Notes: a model not told the origin generated them from the letters alone. 64,000 nt of DNA from an uncultured Ignavibacteriaceae bacterium (GCA_964498065.1 CAZCFZ010000016.1:8794-72793), one strand, 5' to 3'; shown: positions 18,705 through 27,615, numbered from the stretch's first letter. Program-made: numbers and translations.

Positions 18705-19970
18705 ATGGATTCGAAATCAGCATTAGAAAAACTTTATTCTCTCCATACTTTCGGAATTAAGCTTGGATTGGAGAATATTAAAAACTTCCTTTCTACTCTT
18801 GGTAATCCTCAAAGTAAATTAAAATCAATACATATTGCCGGTTCGAATGGAAAGGGAAGCACGGCAGCCTTTATTGCCAGCATATTGATGGAATATGGCT
18901 ACAAAGTAGGATTGTATACTTCCCCGCATTTCATAAAATTTAATGAAAGAATACAAATAAATAATGAACAAATTCCGGACGATTATTTATTAAACTTTAT
19001 TTCGGAATATGTCGATTATATAGATGAGCATAAATTAACCTTTTTTGAAGTCACAACTGCAATAGCATTTAAATATTTAGCAGATAACAAAGTTGATTTT
19101 GCGGTAATTGAAACCGGATTAGGAGGGAGACTGGATGCGACAAACGTCCTAAATCCCATAGCTGTTGTAATTACTTCTATCAGTTTGGAACATACTAATA
19201 TTCTGGGAGATACAATAAGAAAAATAGCATTTGAAAAAGCAGGAATTATTAAGAAGAATATACAAGTGTTTATAGGAAAACTACCTTTGGAAGCCGAGGC
19301 AGAGATTGAAGAGAAATGCAGGGAAACAAAAAGTAAATTATTTAAGATTTCAGATTATGTTAATATAAAAGGAAACAATTTAGAATTATATACTGAGGAA
19401 ATTGAACTGGATGACTGGAATATACCGTTAAAAGGATGGTACCAAAAATATAATGCCGCACTTGCGGGATTGGTAGTCTCCAAAACATTGTTGAATGAAA
19501 ATTTAAAAGCTGTTTCTGCGGGAATTAAAAATGTAATTAAAAACACAGGTTTACAGGGTAGATTTGAGTATTATTCGTACAATCCTGATATCATTTTTGA
19601 TTCTGCTCATAATCCTGAGGGTATTCAAAATTTCCTGATGGAATTTAAAAGGGACTTGAAAAAATACTCTAAAAGAGTTTTATTGTTCGGGGTAATGAAA
19701 GACAAATCCATTAAGGAAATGTTATTAAGCCTGAGTAAATTTTTTGATGAAATTCATATTACCCATATGGATTTTGAGAGATCGGCTAAAATAGAGGAGA
19801 TTTTAAAAATTGCCGGGGGATTAAATTTAAAAGTTATACCTGAAGAAGACCCTGCTAAATTTATAGGAGATTTTTCTAAGGCAAATTCTGGAAATTGTTT
19901 GGTTGTAATAGGAAGTATGTACCTTTTGGGGGAAATAAAAACATTTTTACAGGGTAATAAAATTGCTTGA
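18705..19970 (+). CDS. folC: Bifunctional folylpolyglutamate synthase / dihydrofolate synthase
   Basis: HIAGSNGKGST P-loop; Mur-ligase family layout. Confidence 0.85.
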   Translation: MDSKSALEKLYSLHTFGIKLGLENIKNFLSTLGNPQSKLKSIHIAGSNGKGSTAAFIASILMEYGYKVGLYTSPHFIKFNERIQINNEQIPDDYLLNFISEYVDYIDEHKLTFFEVTTAIAFKYLADNKVDFAVIETGLGGRLDATNVLNPIAVVITSISLEHTNILGDTIRKIAFEKAGIIKKNIQVFIGKLPLEAEAEIEEKCRETKSKLFKISDYVNIKGNNLELYTEEIELDDWNIPLKGWYQKYNAALAGLVVSKTLLNENLKAVSAGIKNVIKNTGLQGRFEYYSYNPDIIFDSAHNPEGIQNFLMEFKRDLKKYSKRVLLFGVMKDKSIKEMLLSLSKFFDEIHITHMDFERSAKIEEILKIAGGLNLKVIPEEDPAKFIGDFSKANSGNCLVVIGSMYLLGEIKTFLQGNKIA

Positions 19971-20143
19971 CATTTTTTTTAATTAAGTGTATGTTTCGAT
20001 TGAACCTCTTGTTCCTATCAACAATAAACTATGAATTAAATTTAAAATTAGTCCCCGAATGCATATCCGGTTAAAACCATGAAGAGATTTAATTGAATTA
20101 ATTAATAACTTAACCATAAAACAAATAAACTAGGACCAATAAA

Positions 20144-21397
20144 ATGCCAATGGATATTTCTGAACTCAAGTCGAAAAAGATTGTGGAACTTAACGCTATA
20201 GCAAAAGATCTCGGTATCTCCGGTTATAGCGATTTGAGGAAGCAGGAACTAATCTTTAAAATTCTGGAAGCCCAGACCGCTAAAGATGGTTTAACTTTTT
20301 CTAAAGGCGTGCTTGAAGTTTTACCCGATGGTTACGGCTTTCTCCGTTCGTCGGATTATAACTACCTGCCTTCGCCCGATGATATCTACGTTTCACCGTC
20401 TCAAATTAAAAAATTCAGTTTAAGAACAGGGGATTTCGTAAGCGGACAAGTTAGGCCGCCTAAAGAAGGAGAGAGGTTTTTTGCTTTACTTAGAGTTGAA
20501 GCTGTAAACGGTCTTGAACCCGAAGGAATAAGAGAAAGAACACTCTTCGATAATTTAGTTCCTGTTTATCCCACAAGACGAATCAATTTGGAATCCGTTC
20601 CCGGAGAATATTCAATGAGAATTATGGATCTTCTTTCTCCGATCGGCAAAGGCCAAAGAGGATTAATCGTTTCTCCGCCTAAAAGCGGTAAAACAATTCT
20701 GCTTCAAAAAATTGCCAACTCAATTACAAGAAATCATCCTGAAATTAAATTAATAATTTTATTAATCGATGAACGGCCTGAAGAAGTTACGGATATGGAA
20801 CGTTCTGTTAAAGGCGAGGTAATTAGTTCTACATTTGATGAGCCTGCGGAAAGACATGTCCAGGTTGCCGATATGGTAATTGAGAAAGCGAAAAGGCTTG
20901 TTGAAGCCAAAGAGGATGTTGTTATTCTTCTTGATAGTATAACTAGATTGGCAAGAGCACATAATATAGTTGTTCCTCACAGCGGCAGAATTCTTTCGGG
21001 CGGTGTTGATGCAAACGCACTTCACAAACCAAAAAGATTTTTCGGAGCTGCAAGAAATACGGAAGACGGAGGCAGCTTAACTATTATTGCAACTGCATTA
21101 ATAGATACCGGAAGTCGTATGGATGATGTAATCTTTGAAGAGTTCAAAGGTACAGGCAATATGGAATTAGTGCTTAACCGTGACCTCAGCGACAGAAGAA
21201 TTTTCCCTGCTATTGATGTTAACCGCTCCGGAACTAGAAGAGAAGACCTATTAATGAAGGAAGATGAACTGGCAAAGGTCTGGATATTGAGAAAAATACT
21301 TAGTGATTTTAACCCGGTAGAAGCCATGGATTTCTTGTTGGATAAAATTAGAGGAACTAAAAATAATAAAGAGTTTCTGAACAATATGAACAGCTAG
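20144..21397 (+). CDS. rho: Transcription termination factor Rho
   Basis: N-terminal [11 protein letters not shown], an RNA-binding OB region (GFLR), Walker A PPKSGKT and a 417-aa length. Confidence 0.95.
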   Translation: MPMDISELKSKKIVELNAIAKDLGISGYSDLRKQELIFKILEAQTAKDGLTFSKGVLEVLPDGYGFLRSSDYNYLPSPDDIYVSPSQIKKFSLRTGDFVSGQVRPPKEGERFFALLRVEAVNGLEPEGIRERTLFDNLVPVYPTRRINLESVPGEYSMRIMDLLSPIGKGQRGLIVSPPKSGKTILLQKIANSITRNHPEIKLIILLIDERPEEVTDMERSVKGEVISSTFDEPAERHVQVADMVIEKAKRLVEAKEDVVILLDSITRLARAHNIVVPHSGRILSGGVDANALHKPKRFFGAARNTEDGGSLTIIATALIDTGSRMDDVIFEEFKGTGNMELVLNRDLSDRRIFPAIDVNRSGTRREDLLMKEDELAKVWILRKILSDFNPVEAMDFLLDKIRGTKNNKEFLNNMNS

Positions 21398-21699
21398 TTG
21401 TATTAATACTAAACGGGAATTCACCCTTCTTATTATTATTTCTAATTTATTTTGTCAATTGAAGTAATTAGGGTAAGCTATATTCGAACTTTAATGATTA
21501 GAATTACTCCTTTTATATTTTATTCATTTTTAAGTTCGTTAATTGTTTCTTTTTACAAAATAAATTTTAAACTAATATTAAATACTTCTTGAATTATTAA
21601 AATATGGAAAAATACCTTTACGGAAGGGAATAATTTTGTATTTGGCGGTAATCATAAATAAACAATATATTTATAATAGTATAACTATTTATTTAGCCG

Positions 21700-22980
21700 A
21701 TGTCGAAAGTAAATAAAAATCTCTTATTGATTTTGGTAATTATTTCCTTGTTTACTGCAACTGGCAACTGTCAGAGATTACCTCATTTTGCTTATTCCGA
21801 AATACATATTATACCTTCGGATTCGGTCAATAAAATATATTATTCATACAGGGTTCCGTATGACAGATTTGTCTTCGTTAAGGATGGAGATAAGTATACA
21901 TCCGGTTTTAGAATTACAATTGAAGTAACAGACTCTGCCGGCCAATATATAACAAGACAGAACGAAGAAAAGATAATATCAACTAACAATTTTGACGAAA
22001 CTACAGCTAATGATAAATACGTTGAAGGCGTATTATCTTTTCGAGCCGGTGAAGGATCTTTCAACATACTTCCAATTATTACGGATGAAAACTCCAGCCG
22101 TGATATTAGAATGCATCCGCTTAAATTCTCAACTAAACTCAAAGAAATTTCTAAATTTTTAAGACCATTAATTTGTGATTCATTTAAAATATCCTGCAAT
22201 AATTTTCAGTCATTTGAACTTACAAACTTCGAAGGCAGTATTCCCTTTAGCGAAGACAACTATTTTTTGATTATCCCTTCTTCTGATACAACTCTTGACG
22301 AAATTAAAGTTAAAATATTTAATAAAGACGACACGGTTTTTTCCGGAATCGTAAAATCGTATTTTGATTCCGATATTTCATTAATTGAATGTAGTAATAA
22401 AATTTTAATAGAGACAGGTAGTAAAACTGAACGCTTTAGAAATTTTGTTGTGAAGAATTTTAGTCAAAAATTAAAAGAAGGAGAGTTCCAGGTTTATGTC
22501 TCGGGAAAAGGAAACTCAAAGCCGAAAAAATATTTTGTAGAAAATGTTAGATGGTTTAATAAACCTTTTTCTCTTTATGAATCAAAAAATGCAATTGAAC
22601 TCTTAAAATATACGGCAAATAAGATTCTTGTTGATTCTTTATTAGGTTATAGTTCAAAAAAATACAATGAAGTTTTGTTTAATTACTGGAGAAAATACGA
22701 TCCTACCAAATCAACGGAATTTAATCCTTTAATGAATGAATTTTATACAAGAGTCGACTATGCAATGAAAAGCTTTTCTCCGTTGTCGGGGAAGGATGGA
22801 GCGGACACGGATAGGGGAAAAGTATATATTATTTACGGGAAGCCTAAAGAAATTGAGAGAACATCAAATAAATATGGAAGAATGGTTGAACGCTGGATTT
22901 ATGAAAATCCGGTTAGAATATTTGAATTTGTTGAAAAAGACGGAACCGGAAACTACACTTTGTTAAAAAACAATGAATAA
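21700..22980 (+). CDS. GWxTD domain-containing secreted protein
   Basis: Signal peptide and a C-terminal WRKYDP...GADTDRGKVYIIYGKP...ERWIY motif, typical of the GWxTD domain. Confidence 0.7.
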   Translation: MSKVNKNLLLILVIISLFTATGNCQRLPHFAYSEIHIIPSDSVNKIYYSYRVPYDRFVFVKDGDKYTSGFRITIEVTDSAGQYITRQNEEKIISTNNFDETTANDKYVEGVLSFRAGEGSFNILPIITDENSSRDIRMHPLKFSTKLKEISKFLRPLICDSFKISCNNFQSFELTNFEGSIPFSEDNYFLIIPSSDTTLDEIKVKIFNKDDTVFSGIVKSYFDSDISLIECSNKILIETGSKTERFRNFVVKNFSQKLKEGEFQVYVSGKGNSKPKKYFVENVRWFNKPFSLYESKNAIELLKYTANKILVDSLLGYSSKKYNEVLFNYWRKYDPTKSTEFNPLMNEFYTRVDYAMKSFSPLSGKDGADTDRGKVYIIYGKPKEIERTSNKYGRMVERWIYENPVRIFEFVEKDGTGNYTLLKNNE

Positions 22981-23953
22981 TTTTGCCTTTACTTGCGGTG
23001 ATATAAACGGAATTGGTCCCGAGATAGTAATTAAAGCTCTAAATAAAATTACAAACATCTCGAATGATAAATTTATTTTTATATGTCCTAAAAATGTATT
23101 TTCCAAAAATGTGAAAATGGTAAAGCCTGCCTTTGAATATTTTATAACCACGCGAATTAAAAATTCAAATAAACAAGTTACGGTATTAGATATAGGAAAT
23201 TATAATTGTAATTCGGGTATACCTACAGTTGAATCCGGCAATGCAGCATTCAAAGCAGTGCAAATGTCATTTCAGCTTGCTGATACCAGGGCTGTCGATG
23301 CAATTGTAACGGCACCTCTTTCCAAAACTGCAATTAATTTAGCAGGTAAACATTTCCCAGGTCATACGGAAATGTATGCAGAGTGGTCAAATGTAAAAAA
23401 TTTTGTTATGATGTTTCTATCACGGAAAATGAATGCCGCTTTAGCTTCAATTCATGTACCGATAAGCAAAGTTCCCGGCTTAATTTATCCGGAGCATTTA
23501 AAGAAAACATTAGACGTTGTTTTAAATTCCTTAACAAAAGATTTAGGTATTAATAAACCGAAAATTGCAGTACTAGGACTCAATCCCCATGCTGGCGAAG
23601 AAGGTTTGATAGGCAAAGAAGAACAAAAAATTATAAAACCTATAATAAGACTAAAAGAATATAAAAATTTTTTATCAGGACCTTTTTCTCCGGATGCTTT
23701 TTTTGCAAACAGAATGTACAAAAAGTTTGATCTGGTTTTAGGGATGTATCATGACCAGGTTTTAATTCCGTTCAAATTGATTAATTTCGGATCGGGTGTA
23801 AACTATACCGCCGGTCTGCCTATTGTGCGTACTTCTCCCGATCACGGCACTGCTTATGATATTGCCGGCAAAGGTTTAGCAAATGAATCAAGTATAATTA
23901 CGGCATATAAATACGCAAAAAAAATTGTTATTAATCGAAAAAGGTTGGGATAG
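22973..23953 (+). CDS. pdxA: 4-hydroxythreonine-4-phosphate dehydrogenase
   Basis: GDINGIGPEI, NPHAGEEG, MYHDQ and TSPDHGTA motifs. Confidence 0.9.
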   Translation: MNNFAFTCGDINGIGPEIVIKALNKITNISNDKFIFICPKNVFSKNVKMVKPAFEYFITTRIKNSNKQVTVLDIGNYNCNSGIPTVESGNAAFKAVQMSFQLADTRAVDAIVTAPLSKTAINLAGKHFPGHTEMYAEWSNVKNFVMMFLSRKMNAALASIHVPISKVPGLIYPEHLKKTLDVVLNSLTKDLGINKPKIAVLGLNPHAGEEGLIGKEEQKIIKPIIRLKEYKNFLSGPFSPDAFFANRMYKKFDLVLGMYHDQVLIPFKLINFGSGVNYTAGLPIVRTSPDHGTAYDIAGKGLANESSIITAYKYAKKIVINRKRLG

Positions 23954-24698
23954 GTTGAAACAAGTAAAGATATATGAAAAGCTGCCTTTGATCTATGATT
24001 ATCTTATGAAATCGATTAATTATGAAACTTGGGTGAAATATATTTTCAGCATTGTTAAATCATATGTACCAAGAGACGGATTGGTGCTCGAACTTGCAGG
24101 CGGCAGTTGTAAGTTCGCAAATTATTTTGTAAAATATTTTCCTAGGATAATAGTAACGGATATATCTAAAAATATGATGCTTGTTGATGAAAAAAATTTA
24201 GTACAAAAAGCTTGCTGTAATATGTCTGGTATCCCTTTCAAAGCCGGTTTTTATTTAATATATTCTAACTTTGACAGCATAAATTATTTAACAAGCAAGA
24301 AAAAACTTTTGGAAATGTTCAAGGAAATATCCAGAGTTTTATTACCTGATGGAATATTTACTTTTGATGTGAGCCTTGAAAGAAATAGTATCATCCACAC
24401 GAAAACCCCGGTGAGAACGGGAAATTTTAGGGGAATCTATTTTAATCAAAAGAGCGAATATAATAAGAAGAGTAGAATTCATAAGAATATTTTTATCTTA
24501 AAAAACGAGGATGAAGTTTTAAAGGAAGTTCATCGCCAAAAAATTTATCCGTTCGAAACATATTTTGAATTACTTGCCGCAACCGGATTATATGTGAAAC
24601 ATTGTTATAATGCTTTTACTTACAAAAACGGCAGTTCGGATTCAGAGAGAGTACAATTTATTACTAAGAAGGTTAAAAAAAATGCTGACATTCAGTAA
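23925..24698 (+). CDS. Class I SAM-dependent methyltransferase
   Basis: YDYLM at the N-terminus and VLELAGGSC (motif I). The start is uncertain: TTG at 23925 overlaps pdxA, and TTG at 23955 lies just after its stop. Confidence 0.7.
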   Translation: MLLIEKGWDRLKQVKIYEKLPLIYDYLMKSINYETWVKYIFSIVKSYVPRDGLVLELAGGSCKFANYFVKYFPRIIVTDISKNMMLVDEKNLVQKACCNMSGIPFKAGFYLIYSNFDSINYLTSKKKLLEMFKEISRVLLPDGIFTFDVSLERNSIIHTKTPVRTGNFRGIYFNQKSEYNKKSRIHKNIFILKNEDEVLKEVHRQKIYPFETYFELLAATGLYVKHCYNAFTYKNGSSDSERVQFITKKVKKNADIQ

Positions 24699-25350
24699 CG
24701 TTACTTTTAGTTATCCAAATCAAACGGTTTTTTCCGACGTAAATTTGAATCTTGAACAGGGTGAATTCAGCTTTTTAATCGGCAAAAGCGGATCGGGTAA
24801 AAGTACTCTGCTTCAGCTTGTCTATATGAATATTTTACCCCAAAGCGGAAACGTAACCTTCTTAGAATATGATTCCGGATTTATCAAACGCAGGGATTTA
24901 CCTTATCTCAGACGAAAGCTTGGAATTATCTTCCAGGATTTTAGACTGCTTAAAGATAGGAACATCTACGATAATATTGCTTTCGTTCTGGAATCAACCA
25001 ATACACCTAGGAGGGAAATCAAAAGAAAAGTAAATGATGCTTTAACAGATGTTGGATTATCACACAGGCGTTACAGTATGCCCGATGAATTATCCGGCGG
25101 AGAAAAACAGCGTATTGCTATTGCCAGAGCAATAGTAAATGAACCTGTATTAATTTTAGCTGATGAACCGACAGGGAATTTGGATCCGGAAACTTCTTAT
25201 GAAATATTGGATATTCTTCTTCAAATACATTCCCGCGGAACTGCAGTATTATTTGCGACGCATAATTATGAAATTGTAAAAAAATATCCTGCTAAAATAA
25301 TAAAGCTGGAAGACGGAAAAGCAATAAAAGCTGTACTCAAGCAAAAATGA
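24682..25350 (+). CDS. ftsE: Cell division ATP-binding protein FtsE
   Basis: I chose the internal ATG ([11 protein letters not shown]). GKSGSGKST Walker [15 protein letters not shown] signature, [12 protein letters not shown] Walker B. Confidence 0.85.
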   Translation: MLTFSNVTFSYPNQTVFSDVNLNLEQGEFSFLIGKSGSGKSTLLQLVYMNILPQSGNVTFLEYDSGFIKRRDLPYLRRKLGIIFQDFRLLKDRNIYDNIAFVLESTNTPRREIKRKVNDALTDVGLSHRRYSMPDELSGGEKQRIAIARAIVNEPVLILADEPTGNLDPETSYEILDILLQIHSRGTAVLFATHNYEIVKKYPAKIIKLEDGKAIKAVLKQK

Positions 25351-25365
25351 TTTTTTAATTTGTTT

Positions 25366-26007
25366 TTATTTTAACTTTTCGAGTATACTCTCAGTTACTT
25401 TTTCAATTGTACCGGAGCCATCCACGACAATAATTTTTTTATGCTCGGAATAGTAATCCAAAACAGGCTTTGTTGTTGAATTAAAAACTTCCATTCGATG
25501 CCGGATTACCTTTTCAGTATCATCTTCTCTTTGATAAAAACTGTTTTCAGCACCGCAAACCGGACAGTTTTTTTTATCCCTTACTTCATTATAATTAAAA
25601 ATATTTTTACAGACTTTGCATGCTCTACGGTTACTTAGCCTTTTTACCAAATCTTCTTCGTCTGCTGTTACTGAAACAATAAATACTTTGTCAATATTCA
25701 GTTCATTCAGTAAACCGTCTAAATCAACAGCCTGTTTTTTCGATCTGGGAAATCCATCCAATATGAACCCGTTTTTACAGCTTTCTCCGGTTAAAGTATC
25801 TTTTATAATACCTATCATTATTTCGTCGGATACAAGTTCGCCTTTGGAAATAATTTTTTGAGCTTCCATTCCTAACGGTGTTTGATCTTTAACTGCCTGT
25901 CTTAAAATATCTCCGGTAGAAATGTGAGGAATGTGTAATTTAGCAGATAGAATTTTGGCTTGAGTCCCTTTGCCTACACCCGGGGCGCCGAACAAGATGA
26001 TTCGCAT
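25366..26007 (-). CDS. adk: Adenylate kinase with a Cys4 zinc lid
   Basis: I chose the start MRIILFGAPGVGKGTQA (ATG at 26007). The lid reads CKVCKNIF...CPVCG. Confidence 0.9.
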   Translation of the reverse strand: MRIILFGAPGVGKGTQAKILSAKLHIPHISTGDILRQAVKDQTPLGMEAQKIISKGELVSDEIMIGIIKDTLTGESCKNGFILDGFPRSKKQAVDLDGLLNELNIDKVFIVSVTADEEDLVKRLSNRRACKVCKNIFNYNEVRDKKNCPVCGAENSFYQREDDTEKVIRHRMEVFNSTTKPVLDYYSEHKKIIVVDGSGTIEKVTESILEKLK

Positions 26008-26078
26008 AAAACTCCAATTTTTTTTAACTAACTTATTAACAATAAATTTTTTATTCAAGCTTGAATTTTAACAACTAT

Positions 26079-26123
26079 AAAAAAATCAGGCGTTCAAGCT
26101 TTGACATCAAACGCCAAAGGCGT
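26079..26123 (-). promoter_or_regulatory. Two mutually exclusive hairpins in the adk upstream region; the second is followed by a T7 run and so resembles a terminator or attenuator
   Basis: AACGCC at 26110-26115 can pair either with GGCGT at 26119-26123 or with GGCGTT at 26089-26094. On the minus strand the latter stem is followed by TGATTTTTTT. Confidence 0.35.
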
Positions 26124-26246
26124 GAAATTATTATTAAAAGCAAAAAAACAACTGATAAAAAATCCCGGAAGGATGACATGAAAAATTATCATAGTGTATC
26201 CATGTGTTTTAAGTAAATAAGAAAATAGTGTCATGATTTAATGTGT

Positions 26247-26313
26247 TGTCTCAGTGAGCGAAGTCGAACTATGACAATTATGAAAATATCCCTCGACTCC
26301 GCTCGGGATGACA
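26247..26313. repeat. GC-rich imperfect palindromic (REP-like) element, copy 1
   Basis: TGTCTCAGTGAGCGAAGTCGAA...CTCGACTCCGCTCGGGATGACA. It shares its arm sequences with the element at 31814-31872. Confidence 0.75.
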
Positions 26314-26475
26314 GGATCAAACAAAAATATTATAAATTTGGAAACTACTAAGAAAATGGATATCGTCTACTTAATTTATACCTTAACTAAATTGAAGTTT
26401 TTATCTCAAGTTAACTGTATTAAGTAAGAAAGGGTTTAAAAATTTTAAATTTAATAATATTTCTTAGTCCTTAAA

Positions 26476-26547
26476 GGGGGATGCTAAAATAGCCCCGACC
26501 TTCAGGTCGAGGAAAAGAAAAATCCCCCAAAACATTTGGGCTTTAGC
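26476..26547 (+). other. Structured intergenic element with pseudoknot-compatible pairings, about 60 nt upstream of the VOC gene
   Basis: GGGGGAT at 26476-82 pairs with ATCCCCC at 26522-28. GCTAAA..AGCCC at 26483-95 pairs with GGGCTTTAGC at 26538-47. There is an inner hairpin CGACC-TTCA-GGTCG at 26496-26509. Confidence 0.4.
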
Positions 26548-26606
26548 TCGTTCTAAATAGGCGGTTAACATGAATTATTAAATTAAATCCTAACAAGGAG
26601 AGATAT

Positions 26607-26989
26607 ATGTCTGAAATTGTTCAATTTGAAATTTATGCGGATGATATTGATAGAGCGAAAAAGTTTTATGAAAATTTTTTTCCTGGGAAATGTATAAGAA
26701 AAGAGAATCTGATAATTTCTGGCTAATAAATACCTGGAAAGGGGAGAAGCATAATATTATCGGAATATTAGTCAAGCACTTAATTCCAATTGACGGCAAT
26801 TCGGTAATTGCGTTCTTATGTACAATCGATGTTTCTGATATTGACGTTTCAATTAATTTAATAAACAGATACGGAGGATCGATTGTTATTCCCAAAAGAA
26901 TCATACCGGGACTAGGATTTCAGGCATACTGTAAAGATTCGGAAGGTAATATTTTCGGAATAATAAAACTTAATTCGGAAGTAAAATAA
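26607..26989 (+). pseudogene. VOC (glyoxalase/bleomycin-resistance/dioxygenase) family gene interrupted by a 1-nt frameshift in a T7 homopolymer
   Basis: AAGGAG RBS followed by an ATG at 26607, giving MSEIVQFEIYADDIDRAKKFYENFF. That frame stops at 26724-26726. The family-typical continuation SWEMYKKRESDNFWLINTW...GFQAYCKDSEGNIFGI runs in the next frame to 26989. The switch point is T7 at 26675-26681. Confidence 0.75.
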
Positions 26990-27007
26990 GTAATTAAAAA
27001 ATAAAAA

Positions 27008-27472
27008 TTATTTTTTTCTCTTTTTCTCAAAGAATATTTTTAATAGTTGTTCGCTCTCACTTGAGTAAATTCCGGAATATAAATTTATCTTGTGGTTATA
27101 CTTTCCATCTTCAGCCAGATTATAAATTGAACCGCATGCTCCAAATTTCGGATCAAAAGTTGAGAAATAAATATTTTTAATCCGCGAAGATAAAGCAGCA
27201 CCGGTGCACATTATGCATGGCTCGAGAGTCACATATAAATCGCATTCATTTAAGCGCCAATTTCCAAGATGATTTGCGGCAGAAGTTAAAGCTATCATTT
27301 CTGCATGTGCAGTTGCATCCCTTAATTTTTCAACCTGATTGTGTCCTTTTCCGATTATTATGTTGTCATGAACTACAACAGCACCGACCGGAACCTCATC
27401 TTCAGTTAATGCATCTTCAGCTTCCTTTAAAGCAGCGTACATAAACTTATATATATCTTCATTAAACAGCAT
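27008..27472 (-). CDS. tadA: tRNA adenosine(34) deaminase
   Basis: HAEMIAL and PCIMCTGA zinc-binding CDA motifs; 154 aa. Confidence 0.9.
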   Translation of the reverse strand: MLFNEDIYKFMYAALKEAEDALTEDEVPVGAVVVHDNIIIGKGHNQVEKLRDATAHAEMIALTSAANHLGNWRLNECDLYVTLEPCIMCTGAALSSRIKNIYFSTFDPKFGACGSIYNLAEDGKYNHKINLYSGIYSSESEQLLKIFFEKKRKK

Positions 27473-27490
27473 AAAAGAAATGTAATTTAG

Positions 27491-27520
27491 AATAATAAAA
27501 ATGCCTCCGTATCAGAGGCA
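27491..27520 (-). terminator. Rho-independent terminator downstream of tRNA-Arg
   Basis: The minus strand reads TGCCTC-TGATACG-GAGGCA followed by TTTTTATTATT. Confidence 0.6.
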
Positions 27521-27541
27521 GAATTAATTTTTCGGAATTCG

Positions 27542-27615
27542 TACGCCCGGAAGGATTTGAACCCTCAACCCTCAGATCCGAAGTCTGATGCTCTATCCAG
27601 TTGAGCTACGGGCGC
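27542..27615 (-). tRNA. tRNA-Arg, anticodon UCG
   Basis: Manual cloverleaf: acceptor GCGCCCG/CGGGCGT, D arm GCTC-AACTGGATA-GAGC, anticodon arm TCAGA-CTTCGGA-TCTGA, T arm GAGGG-TTCAAAT-CCTTC, discriminator A. 74 nt; CCA is not encoded. Confidence 0.9.

Noticed and set aside
26476-26547. Fluoride (crcB-motif) riboswitch
   Set aside because: The start GGGGAUG and the loop-to-3'-tail pairing superficially resemble it. However, the conserved UAAUGA-type junction I remember is absent, the spacing is much longer, and the downstream gene is not a fluoride transporter. I have kept it only as an unclassified structured element.
26590-26904. 104-aa minus-strand ORF
   Set aside because: It is antisense to the VOC-family reading frames, which carry recognisable family motifs and an RBS.
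27008-27615. A functional link between tRNA-Arg and the adjacent tadA, with the tRNA as the enzyme's substrate
   Set aside because: TadA edits A34 of tRNA-Arg(ACG). This tRNA has anticodon UCG, so it has no A34 and is not the substrate. The adjacency alone is not evidence.
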